In this document: piece after piece, positions 47,850 to 56,396 of the stretch
How the letters are laid out: each line of letters opens with the position of its first letter
How positions within the stretch are numbered: the stretch's first letter is position 1
Assembly: GCA_025999215.1 (NCBI GenBank)
Contig: AP024679.1
Coordinates: 433,082 to 497,081, forward strand
DNA length: 64,000 nt
Source: Candidatus Dojkabacteria bacterium
Lineage (GTDB): Bacteria > Patescibacteriota > Dojkabacteria > J137
Direction of reading: 5' to 3'
Made by a program: the position numbers and the translations under genes
The notes under the pieces: model-generated
Told to the model about the DNA's origin: nothing
The model's input: only the letters and a program-made list of their open reading frames with translations
The model's database searches: none

Positions 47850-48791
47850 TTGTCTAAAGTAAAGTCTGCTAAAGAGATTCTTCTTGATTATGATATTTTG
47901 AAGGGTGATGGAAATCGCCACCCTAAGCATGAGTTTCAGGCTTATGCTTATAGGCTTGCACATGATCTTAATGATTTGGTTAATCTAAAAATTTATATGA
48001 GATTAGCTAAAAACGTTGAAAGAACCCTGCTTGAGCAAGCATATGCATATGCAATCGATTCAAAGACAGAAGAAAAAGCTAAAATTTTTTTGTGGAAAGT
48101 CAAAGATTTGAGAAAAAAGTTGTCGCAGCTAAAAATCACTAGTTCTTTCGATTATGAAATAATAATTAAGCAAATGACAAAACTTCGTAATGATTTGGCA
48201 GAAGATATTGTTAAGAAAAATAATAAAACTTTTTTAGCTCAAGATATTAATCATTTTAGAATTTTGTTATCTGAATTTTTTGATAACAATACCAAAAAGA
48301 ATAATGTTTTGTTTGTAGGTCTTGATTGTATTGAGTTAGTAAGTCTTTTTAATCATCAAAATTTCCGTATTTTTGGTATAGAATACGCAAGAAATTTAAC
48401 AAATCTGTTTAAAAAACATTTTAAAATAAAAAATTTCGCCAAACAAAAATTTATAACTAAAGATTTTTTAAAAAATTCTTATAAAAATGAACAGTTTGAT
48501 TTGGTAGTTTTAAATTCTTATTGGAATTTTGTACCAACTGGAGTTGAAAAAATTTTTTTTAATGAATTAGCTAGAATCTCTAAAAGTAAAATTTTGATGA
48601 GTGTTAAATTTGCTAAGGAAACTACACAGACTTGGGATAAGTTTGTTGCTAAGGATACTGAATATTTATATTTTCAAAAAACAAACAGTTTTGATGATTT
48701 TAATTCACTACTTCATGTTTTAAATTTACAGGTAATTAAAAATGAACAATGTAATTCTAAATATTTATATTTAATCGAGAAGAAATTATGA
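47850..48791 (+). CDS. Hypothetical protein; the C-terminal half has a methyltransferase-like layout but a degenerate SAM motif
   Basis: TTG start. VLFVGLDCIELV...FDLVVLNSYWNFVP is arranged like class I methyltransferase motifs I and IV but lacks the GxGxG glycines. Overlaps the ung start by 4 nt. Confidence 0.45.
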   Translation: MSKVKSAKEILLDYDILKGDGNRHPKHEFQAYAYRLAHDLNDLVNLKIYMRLAKNVERTLLEQAYAYAIDSKTEEKAKIFLWKVKDLRKKLSQLKITSSFDYEIIIKQMTKLRNDLAEDIVKKNNKTFLAQDINHFRILLSEFFDNNTKKNNVLFVGLDCIELVSLFNHQNFRIFGIEYARNLTNLFKKHFKIKNFAKQKFITKDFLKNSYKNEQFDLVVLNSYWNFVPTGVEKIFFNELARISKSKILMSVKFAKETTQTWDKFVAKDTEYLYFQKTNSFDDFNSLLHVLNLQVIKNEQCNSKYLYLIEKKL

Positions 48792-49450
48792 ATGTAAAGA
48801 TAAATGATTCATGGAAGAATCTATTGCAAGAAGAGTTTGAAAAACAATATTTTAAAGATTTGGCATCATTTGTAAGAGAAGAATATTCAAAATTTAGAGT
48901 TTATCCTCCTGGTAGTAGCATATTCAATGCTTTTGAATTGTGCCCTTTCGATAAAGTTAAAGTTGTAATCTTGGGGCAAGATCCATACCATGGGCCTAAT
49001 CAGGCACATGGCCTTGCTTTTTCTGTAACTGATGGTGTTAAGATTCCGCCTTCACTTCAAAATATTTTTAAGGAAATTAATCAAGAATTTGGAACCCCCA
49101 TTCCAAAAAGTGGTAATTTAGAGAGATGGGCAAAGCAAGGCGTTTTTTTGCTGAACTCAATTTTAACTGTACGAGCTGGTCAACCTGGCTCTCACAAAGG
49201 AAAAGGTTGGGAAATTTTTACTGATAAAGTTATTGAGATTTTGTCAGAAAATAAAAATAATTTAGTTTTTTTACTTTGGGGTAATTTTGCTCAAAACAAA
49301 GCAAGTTTGATTGATTCCAATAGACATTTAATTCTTAAATCACCACATCCATCCCCATACTCAGCAAATAGGGGTTTTTTTGGAAATAAACATTTTATAA
49401 AAACAAATAATTATTTAATTGAAAATAATCTAGAGCCTATCGTTTGGTAA
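48788..49450 (+). CDS. ung: Uracil-DNA glycosylase (family 1)
   Basis: VVILGQDPYHGPNQAHGLAFSV and the HPSPYSA motifs. Confidence 0.95.
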   Translation: MNVKINDSWKNLLQEEFEKQYFKDLASFVREEYSKFRVYPPGSSIFNAFELCPFDKVKVVILGQDPYHGPNQAHGLAFSVTDGVKIPPSLQNIFKEINQEFGTPIPKSGNLERWAKQGVFLLNSILTVRAGQPGSHKGKGWEIFTDKVIEILSENKNNLVFLLWGNFAQNKASLIDSNRHLILKSPHPSPYSANRGFFGNKHFIKTNNYLIENNLEPIVW

Positions 49451-49458
49451 GTAAGATT

Positions 49459-49496
49459 GAGGAGAAGAGTTTGGGTTATCCCAAACTCTTCTCCTC
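49459..49496 (+). other. Perfect 17-bp-stem hairpin directly after ung, without a U-tract
   Basis: gaggagaagagtttggg (49459-49475), loop ttat, cccaaactcttctcctc (49480-49496). Confidence 0.6.
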
Positions 49497-49723
49497 ATTA
49501 CCTACCTTCAACTTATTCGCCCCCTGTATTCGTTGATATCAAGGTCGACTCTTATGTATTCGAGTATCGAACTAACAGCACCTTTTGATAATTTAATCAA
49601 AGGCTTGGTATTCCCAAATTAAGCTGCGAGGGAGCCTCAATAAACTAATTTTAACACAATGCGTATCAATTTGTCAATACTTCTTAGCATCACAACGGTA
49701 TATATTTAAGGCTTACATTTTGA

Positions 49724-49729
49724 TAAAAT
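49724..49729 (+). promoter_or_regulatory. Extended -10 (TGATAAAAT) 6 nt upstream of the ATG at 49736
   Basis: tTGaTAAAATaaaaaaATG. Confidence 0.35.
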
Positions 49730-49735
49730 AAAAAA

Positions 49736-50341
49736 ATGAATTTTATTAAAAACTTTTCTGGAATAATTGCTTGTTTTGTTGTTGTGATATCAAGCCTAGT
49801 TTGTACCACTTTGGCTCCAGATGTAATTGAAGAGAAGGATTATGTATTGAGTTATTTCGGTAAAGAATCTCAAACTCAATTTATTTTCAACTTTAGCTTA
49901 ATTTTGGCTGGACTATTTTTAATGATATTTTTAAATTATTTGCGAGTAAAACTAGAGATATCGTATAGCAAAGTTGTTTTATTTTCACCAGCGATTTTTT
50001 TTATGTTAGTTGGAGTTTTCTCATTGGATGTTAATAGTTTTTTACACACACTTTGCTTTATCGCTTTTATTTTCAGCTGGTTTGTAAATGTTATTTTGAT
50101 TTCTAAATTTGTAAGAAAAAAAATATATGCAAGTTTTTTGAGTGGAACGAGCTTTAGTGCATATATTATTCTTTCTACTTTGTTTCTGGCTGATGTAAGA
50201 TTTTGGATATGGGCAGAATTTGTTTTAGGTTCATTTGTTTTATTTCAAATTTTAATACTTACGGATTATGTAATATTTTTGAAAGAAAAAAGATTTTCTT
50301 TTAAAAAAGTCCTGAAATATGAAAAAAAATTATTTGGTTGA
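49736..50341 (+). CDS. Hypothetical polytopic membrane protein
   Basis: Intact 201-aa ORF with about six hydrophobic helices. No family recognised. Confidence 0.5.
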   Translation: MNFIKNFSGIIACFVVVISSLVCTTLAPDVIEEKDYVLSYFGKESQTQFIFNFSLILAGLFLMIFLNYLRVKLEISYSKVVLFSPAIFFMLVGVFSLDVNSFLHTLCFIAFIFSWFVNVILISKFVRKKIYASFLSGTSFSAYIILSTLFLADVRFWIWAEFVLGSFVLFQILILTDYVIFLKEKRFSFKKVLKYEKKLFG

Positions 50342-51322
50342 CTCTATTCTTGTCCATGTTTTTATGAAATCCTTTTTTAAAACTCTTCTTTCCCAATAAA
50401 TCATTAGCCACAACCACAACCTTATTGGATAAAGACTTAAAGACCAAAGTAACTCTTTGAAATTTCTTGCGTACTTAATCGGAAACCAAAAATATTCAAG
50501 CTCTTTTTTGAACGATCTAGCTTTAGTTTCTGGTTTAACTACACCAAACTCCCAAAGTTGAACATAACCTCCTGTTGATCTTTTCTTTTGCGCCATGTAA
50601 TCTTTTAAATTGTTTGCGTATTTGACATAAACAATAGCGTTTGGAGAATATCTAATTTTGCCTCCATTGTTATGAACCACATATGAAATGTAAGCATCGT
50701 CAACTAAAGTGTTTTCAGGAAAAATTCCAATTCCAAAATCCACTTTGTGTTTGGGAAGAATATCTAAAAAGTCTTTTCTGATAGCCCATAAATATCCACT
50801 GACTGGAAAAAAATTAATTTTAGATACTATTTTTGTACTTTTTCCTTGAGGGTTAGGTGTTAGTTCTATGGTTCTTTTGTGGTGGGCAGCATCTGCTAGT
50901 AGATGTCCCAAGTAACTCATTCTTTTGTTTTTAGGTTCCATTGATTTTGGTCTTCCGCTAACGAGTGTGGCATTTTCTGTGATTAGAGTCGTAATTAAAT
51001 TTTTAACAGCATCTTTTTCCAAAAAAACATCTCCATCAGTAAAAACTAAAATATCTCCAGAAGCTTTTTCAATACATAAATTTAGCGCAGTTGGCTTTCC
51101 TTTACCGAACTTTCTTCCAGGATCTTGTATGTATGTGAAATTTTTTATGTTAAGCCTTTTAACAACTTCATATGCGCTATCTTTAGTTTCTTTATCAGGT
51201 GCTGCAACAATCAATTCAAAATCTCCAGTATATCCAGAATAGTTCGGGTCGGCGAGAGTCTCAATTGTCTTTTTAATTGTGTCGGCCTCTTTGTAGGCAG
51301 TTATTATCAATGATACTTTCAT
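50330..51322 (-). CDS. Family 2 glycosyltransferase with C-terminal TM helices
   Basis: VSLIITAYKEADTIKKTIETL, the DILVFTDGDVFLEKDA (DxD) motif, and the C-terminal LWSLSLYPIRLWLWLMIYW. Confidence 0.85.
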   Translation of the reverse strand: MKVSLIITAYKEADTIKKTIETLADPNYSGYTGDFELIVAAPDKETKDSAYEVVKRLNIKNFTYIQDPGRKFGKGKPTALNLCIEKASGDILVFTDGDVFLEKDAVKNLITTLITENATLVSGRPKSMEPKNKRMSYLGHLLADAAHHKRTIELTPNPQGKSTKIVSKINFFPVSGYLWAIRKDFLDILPKHKVDFGIGIFPENTLVDDAYISYVVHNNGGKIRYSPNAIVYVKYANNLKDYMAQKKRSTGGYVQLWEFGVVKPETKARSFKKELEYFWFPIKYARNFKELLWSLSLYPIRLWLWLMIYWERRVLKKDFIKTWTRIESTK

Positions 51323-51405
51323 GTTTATAGTTTTGAGTTCGTTAATTTTAACATTTTACTTTTAAATTTTCTAATTGCTGATTTAAAAATATTTCTTTGG
51401 TGTGA

Positions 51406-51411
51406 GATAAT
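51406..51411 (+). promoter_or_regulatory. Extended -10 (TGAGATAAT) 5 nt upstream of the ATG at 51417
   Basis: gTGaGATAATcattcATG. Confidence 0.4.
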
Positions 51412-51416
51412 CATTC

Positions 51417-52268
51417 ATGTCGGAATTTTTGATAACACACATTGGCTGGAGCAAAAAAGGTCAAAAATATTTGCCAGTTCTAGAGTGGTTTAGATTAGAC
51501 AACCATGAATTTCAAAAGGTTGAGCTGGATAAGTTTAAAAATTTTGATTTTACAAAGCAATCTTCCAAAAAATTTTGTATTGGATACTATGATGAGTTAG
51601 AGGGAAAGAAACCTTGCCCAAGGTTAAAACTTATTGATGAAAAGTATGAAAGGTGTTTTGAGTGTGAAGAAAAAAATCAATTAAAAAGTATTCTTTTTTT
51701 TGGTAAAACTCCAACAACTCAAGGTTTAAAAAATTATTTTAATTCAGAGCATTTAGTATACTTGGCATATTTTGAGCCTAATATTTTAAAAGTAGGTACT
51801 GTTAATATCAAAAGATCAGAGTTAAGACTCTTAGAGCAAGATGCGCAGGCGTATGTTTTTATTGCTCGAACCCCGAATGCTGAAAGCGCTTGGAAACTTG
51901 AAAAATACTTATCAAAAAGATTTGGTTTAACTACAGCTGTTCAATCAAAAACTAAGTTTTCAACCATTACTCTGAAGCCTAACCTTGACAAAATAAAAAC
52001 ACTCTTAAATCAAAAAACAAATGAGATTGAAAAGAACATAGATGAAAATTATTTTGAATTTTTGCTTACATCAAAGAATATAAATTCATTTTTTCAAAAT
52101 GATATAATCTTTTACCCTGAGACTCTTCCGAAGAAGATGACGAAAGCTTCAAAAATAAAAGGAGTTTTTAAGGGGTTACGTGGAAATTACTTAATTTTAG
52201 AATCTGAGCAAAACTATTTTGCTTATTCAAAAAAAGATTTAGTTGGTTATAGAATAAGTTATGTTTAA
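51417..52268 (+). CDS. Hypothetical protein with a four-Cys zinc-ribbon-like cluster
   Basis: FCIGYYDELEGKKPCPRLKLIDEKYERCFECEE (C-x14-C-x13-C-x2-C). Overlaps the next gene by 8 nt. Confidence 0.5.
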   Translation: MSEFLITHIGWSKKGQKYLPVLEWFRLDNHEFQKVELDKFKNFDFTKQSSKKFCIGYYDELEGKKPCPRLKLIDEKYERCFECEEKNQLKSILFFGKTPTTQGLKNYFNSEHLVYLAYFEPNILKVGTVNIKRSELRLLEQDAQAYVFIARTPNAESAWKLEKYLSKRFGLTTAVQSKTKFSTITLKPNLDKIKTLLNQKTNEIEKNIDENYFEFLLTSKNINSFFQNDIIFYPETLPKKMTKASKIKGVFKGLRGNYLILESEQNYFAYSKKDLVGYRISYV

Positions 52269-52947
52269 TGGAAATACAGTCTTAAAAAATAAAAGACAAA
52301 TTTATGGAAATGTTTGGGAGTATCAATTGGAACTTGATCAAACTCTTGAGTTTGTGCCCGGGCAATTTGTAAGTATAGAGGTTGATAAAATGATCAGGCG
52401 GTCTTATTCGATTTTATCAGTTGAAGAAAATTTATTAACCCTTGTGATAGATTTGTCTCCTGGAGGTCCAGGCTCTAAGTTTTTTGCGCAGATAAAACCT
52501 GGGCAAAATGTCAAAATTATGGGGCCTCTAGGCAGGTTTACTTTATCAAATGTCAATATTGAAAAAGTTTTTATTGCAACAGGCACGGGGATTGTGCCGT
52601 TTGTTCCAATGATTAAATATTTACTTAAAAATCAATTTCCACATAAAATTTCACTTTTTTTTGGAACTAAATTTTTAGAAGAAAATAAAAATTACCACTA
52701 CTTAAATTTTGAAGAAGCAAATTATGAAAATTTTGAAGTTTATCGATGTATTACAAGAGATAAATTTATAGAGGATGATCATACTTTTTTAGGCAGAGTT
52801 ACTGAAGTTTTACCAAGACTAATTACAAACTGGGAAAATAAAGAATTTTATATTTGCGGAGTAAATGTGATGATTGATGATGTAGTTGATATTTTAAATA
52901 AAAATAACGTTTCTCCTTCTCGAATATTTTTTGAAAAGTACGGCTAA
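52261..52947 (+). CDS. Ferredoxin-NADP reductase-like FAD/NAD(P)-binding oxidoreductase
   Basis: RRSYSILS (RxYS FAD motif), GPGSKFF, FIATGTGIVPFVPM (NAD(P) motif) and YICGVNVM near the C-terminus. Confidence 0.75.
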   Translation: MFNGNTVLKNKRQIYGNVWEYQLELDQTLEFVPGQFVSIEVDKMIRRSYSILSVEENLLTLVIDLSPGGPGSKFFAQIKPGQNVKIMGPLGRFTLSNVNIEKVFIATGTGIVPFVPMIKYLLKNQFPHKISLFFGTKFLEENKNYHYLNFEEANYENFEVYRCITRDKFIEDDHTFLGRVTEVLPRLITNWENKEFYICGVNVMIDDVVDILNKNNVSPSRIFFEKYG

Positions 52948-53537
52948 TCTAGCAAAAAATCTATATCTAATTTTTGGAGCTCTTGCGCCATTCGTTCAAG
53001 TAATCTTTCCATTTTGTGTTCATCATTTAGTTTAATTTTGCCAACGCCGATTTGTGAAGCTGCAAGAATTGTGTTAGCTATCAAAATACTATACAGAGAT
53101 TCAAGAATGCTTGCAAAAATATCTATATTTTCATCTCTAATAATTTCAGATTCTAGTTCTGGGCTTAATTCTGCCATTTTTGTAATACCACTTTTGTTCG
53201 CCAAAGCATTTTGAAGAAGTTTTTCTATGGTTGGTTTAATTTCAAATTCATTATTATCTTGACTTATATCTGGATACTTCTCAACTTTTGATATATCAGC
53301 TGCGCTTTTGGCTATCTCAAGCAAGTTATCCATTAAAATCATTTTATCTTTAATTTTTTTGAGTACATCGTCAATTAAATCTAACCTTTTGGCAACATCC
53401 ACAATGATTTCATATAGATCTACTTCTTCTATTGTAAGTTGTCTGCTCATGTCTTCTGCAGGGTGAAATGTTATTGTAGGTTTAAAGTTAATAATATTTA
53501 ATGCTATGTATGGGTAAATATTTTGTGGCTCTTTCAT
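52944..53537 (-). CDS. Hypothetical acidic helical protein
   Basis: Intact 197-aa ORF. No family recognised. Confidence 0.45.
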   Translation of the reverse strand: MKEPQNIYPYIALNIINFKPTITFHPAEDMSRQLTIEEVDLYEIIVDVAKRLDLIDDVLKKIKDKMILMDNLLEIAKSAADISKVEKYPDISQDNNEFEIKPTIEKLLQNALANKSGITKMAELSPELESEIIRDENIDIFASILESLYSILIANTILAASQIGVGKIKLNDEHKMERLLERMAQELQKLDIDFLLD

Positions 53538-53597
53538 AACCTATTATACCATCTTTTGCGAAAAATTTTTAATATGCTGTTATAATTACTTGTTGCT

Positions 53598-54737
53598 ATG
53601 AAAAAAACTATTAAAACCAATCACGGAGAAATAAAAACACCGGCTTTTATGCCTGATGCAACCTATGGTTCAATTAAGACAGTTTCATTTAATGATGTTA
53701 AGAAGGCAGGAATTAAAGAAATTGTTACAACAACGCTACATATTGAACAAAAAGTAGGTAGTATATACATTAAAAAATTTGGAGGCATTCATAAATTTTT
53801 TAAATGGGATAGACCAATTTTAACTGATAGCGGCGGATGGCAAGTATTTTCCTTAATTAACTCTCCAAAATCAAACGGGAAAAACAAATTAACAAATGCT
53901 GGTTGCACTTTTGTGGATCCGAGTACTGGAAAAACTTCCCTACTCACTCCAGAAAACTCAATTCAAATTCAACTTAATTTAGGTTCTGACATTTTGACAG
54001 TACTAGATATTCCGATTGATCCAACTATATCCCTTGAAGAGCGAAAGAAAGCGACAACCTTAAATTCGCTATGGGCACAAAGGGCAAAAAAATACTTTGA
54101 TCAAAATAAATTGCCTGGTCAGCTTTTGGGCGCAGTTATACAAGGTGGGGATGATTTCGAGCTACGTAAGCAAAGCGCTAAAGATTTAGCTGAGTTAGAT
54201 TTTGATTTATATAATTTTGGTGGAATTCCTTTGTATTCTGAAGTTTCATGGAAATATGATTATCCCCAAGGACTTTACAGAGAGATGTTACATTTTGTTA
54301 AAAGCCTTATTCCAGACGATAAAATATCATACGCAATGGGAGTTGGAATGCCTGATGATATTGCTTATTGTGTGGATATTGGCTGGGATTTGTTTGATAC
54401 TGTTTTACCAACCAGAAATGCAAGGCATGGTTTTCTTTTTGTATCCGAAGGTCAAGGTGATGCAACTCGTAGTTACAAAAGTCCTTTTGATGATTCAAAG
54501 CTTTCTAAAAAAAGTTTTAGTTATGATATTTTGCATCTGCGGAATAAAAGGTATGAGTTTGATGAAAACCCCGTTGATGTTAATTGTACATGTGAGTGTT
54601 GTAAAAGTGTTTCGAGAGCTTATTTGAGGTATTTGATTAGAATTAAAGAACCCGCTGGTTTTAGACTTGCAACTATTCACAATTTAACGTTTTATGCTAA
54701 TTGGGTTAATAAGCTTATGATTTCGATTTCAAATTAA
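53598..54737 (+). CDS. tgt: Queuine tRNA-ribosyltransferase
   Basis: TPAFMPDATYGSIK, ILTDSGGWQVFSL, and the Zn site CTCECCKSVSRAYLRYL...H. Confidence 0.9.
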   Translation: MKKTIKTNHGEIKTPAFMPDATYGSIKTVSFNDVKKAGIKEIVTTTLHIEQKVGSIYIKKFGGIHKFFKWDRPILTDSGGWQVFSLINSPKSNGKNKLTNAGCTFVDPSTGKTSLLTPENSIQIQLNLGSDILTVLDIPIDPTISLEERKKATTLNSLWAQRAKKYFDQNKLPGQLLGAVIQGGDDFELRKQSAKDLAELDFDLYNFGGIPLYSEVSWKYDYPQGLYREMLHFVKSLIPDDKISYAMGVGMPDDIAYCVDIGWDLFDTVLPTRNARHGFLFVSEGQGDATRSYKSPFDDSKLSKKSFSYDILHLRNKRYEFDENPVDVNCTCECCKSVSRAYLRYLIRIKEPAGFRLATIHNLTFYANWVNKLMISISN

Positions 54738-54768
54738 ATTTCATTATCGTTGATTTTTTTAAAATGCT

Positions 54769-55488
54769 TTATAACTCGTTTTCAAAAATTATATCTCCAA
54801 CTGCACATAAAAATTCAATAATTATATCTATAAAAATGCATAAAATTAATAACTCAATATTTATGTCCTCATTATTCAAACCATTTATATCTAGCAATGA
54901 GTATAACTTTTCAGGTATTTTTGTTATAGAATTTAAAATATCTGAAACTTCAGATAGATTACCAATGAATTCATTGTAATAAGCCATAATTCTACCATTT
55001 TCATTTAGAGTATTGTTGTGGTTTTTACTTATAGTATTTTGGCTGGTTTCACTTATTTTCTTATAGTTTATAATTTGACTAAATGTATTAACAAGTTCTA
55101 TAGCATCATCAATACCTATTGCGTTTATAAGGTCTCTTAGGTTTTGAATAAAATTTTCTTTAGTAAGAAACGCATAATTATTCTGTAAAGCACTTAATTT
55201 CAAATTGTATCTAATTACTGGCTCTATATTGGTTATATCATCTATATTGTGATTTTTGTATCGTACTAACAACTCGATAAGTATACGATTAATTTGAAAC
55301 ATTGCATCAAATGCTTCAGTATTTTGCTGTATATTATTTCTAATTATATCAATATTTTTTTTTACATAATTAATTTGGTCAGAAGGGTTGCCCTTAGATA
55401 CGAAAAAACTATTATATATATCTTCAGCGATTTCACTTTGAAATTTAAGCAAATTAGGATTGGGATTTTCAATATTGAGTTGACTCAT
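54769..55488 (-). CDS. Hypothetical N/I/L-rich helical protein
   Basis: Intact 239-aa ORF. No TM segment or family recognised. Confidence 0.45.
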   Translation of the reverse strand: MSQLNIENPNPNLLKFQSEIAEDIYNSFFVSKGNPSDQINYVKKNIDIIRNNIQQNTEAFDAMFQINRILIELLVRYKNHNIDDITNIEPVIRYNLKLSALQNNYAFLTKENFIQNLRDLINAIGIDDAIELVNTFSQIINYKKISETSQNTISKNHNNTLNENGRIMAYYNEFIGNLSEVSDILNSITKIPEKLYSLLDINGLNNEDINIELLILCIFIDIIIEFLCAVGDIIFENEL

Positions 55489-55647
55489 AAATATCTATTA
55501 AACAAAATAAATAATTTCAAGAAAAAGTGATGACATTTTATCACATCTGAATAAATTTTTCAAGAAACATTACAAGAGCAACATGAGAGCTTTTTAACAC
55601 TCGATATCTAAAAAATGAAAATTATGAAATGCCCCAAATTCAAAAAA

Positions 55648-56301
55648 TTAATTTTCCGGCTGAGCAGATAATTCACATAACGTTTCAACTAACGTATCTG
55701 TAAAGGTTTTATTATTTGCTAATTCTGCTAGTTTTGGTAATTTAGAGAGTTGTTGTTCTAAAAAAGTTTTATCTAAATTATATACATTTTGAAGCTCAGT
55801 AATGCCAGTTAAAACTTTTAAAATAGTTTCTGATACAACATTTTTTGAAGATGAACCAGTAGTGCTAGTTAAAACTTCTAAAATAAATTTTGATAAATCA
55901 TCTGAAGATGAACCAGAGTTAATATTATCTTTCTATTTTATAATTTTATGATGCAATATAGATAATCTTAGGATTATTGGTTGCATTATGTTAGCTAAAG
56001 CTTGTTGAGGATTTTCCTGAAGTATTAGTGAATTTAAAGTATTTGTCTCTGAAGGTTTTGTCTCTAAAGACATAATATGAATAATATAACTTAAAAGTAT
56101 GTCTAAAAATGCATTAAATACTTCATCACCAACATTTAGTTTTAGTTTTTTTTCTTCTAACTTTTTTCTTAATGCTTCTTTTAAATTCTCTCTGTTCTCT
56201 GAACTTAATTTTGTTTGAAAAACATTTAGAATTTTCGTTAACTGAGCTATTGTTAGTGATTCTCCTGTTGTGTCCTGTTTGATTGTTTCTGCCATAAACA
56301 T
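55648..56301 (-). pseudogene. Orphan gene interrupted by one in-frame TAG (122 codons, TAG, then 94 codons)
   Basis: The TAG is at 55933-55935. The downstream 94 in-frame codons (55651-55932) contain no ATG, GTG or TTG and end at the TAA at 55648-55650. They include a tandem pair GSSSDDLSKFILEVLTSTT / GSSSKNVVSETILKVLTGIT. Confidence 0.45.
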
Positions 56302-56385
56302 AACTTTTTTTTTAAAAAAAAACGTTAAATTGTATCATACAAGCTTACTTTTTACAAGATATTCCAAAAAAAATTTCTTTTTTGG

Positions 56386-56391
56386 TACAAT
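56386..56391 (+). promoter_or_regulatory. Extended -10 (TGGTACAAT) 5 nt upstream of the gpmI GTG
   Basis: ttTGgTACAATgaagcGTG. Confidence 0.4.
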
Positions 56392-56396
56392 GAAGC

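Noticed and set aside
49497-49650. The GC-rich spacer might be SRP RNA, 6S RNA, tmRNA or 5S rRNA. The minus strand contains GGTGCTGTTAGTTC, which is vaguely similar to the 5' part of 4.5S RNA.
   Set aside because: There is no GGAA tetraloop or AGCA symmetric-loop motif of SRP domain IV, no tRNA-like end, and no 5S loop motifs. The lengths do not fit. It is left as unassigned.
54202-54627. A 141-aa ORF plus two antisense ORFs inside tgt.
   Set aside because: They are alternative-frame or antisense products of an AT-rich, well-conserved gene with no independent signals. The same applies to the other short antisense ORFs in the track, e.g. 163-488, 1732-2094, 6910-7155, 11536-11886, 41146-44826, 50925-51313 and 31752-32175.
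55933-55935. The in-frame TAG might indicate stop-codon reassignment.
   Set aside because: TAG terminates conserved genes at the expected length elsewhere in the window: clpP at 4087-4089 and the DHH phosphoesterase at 58991-58993.
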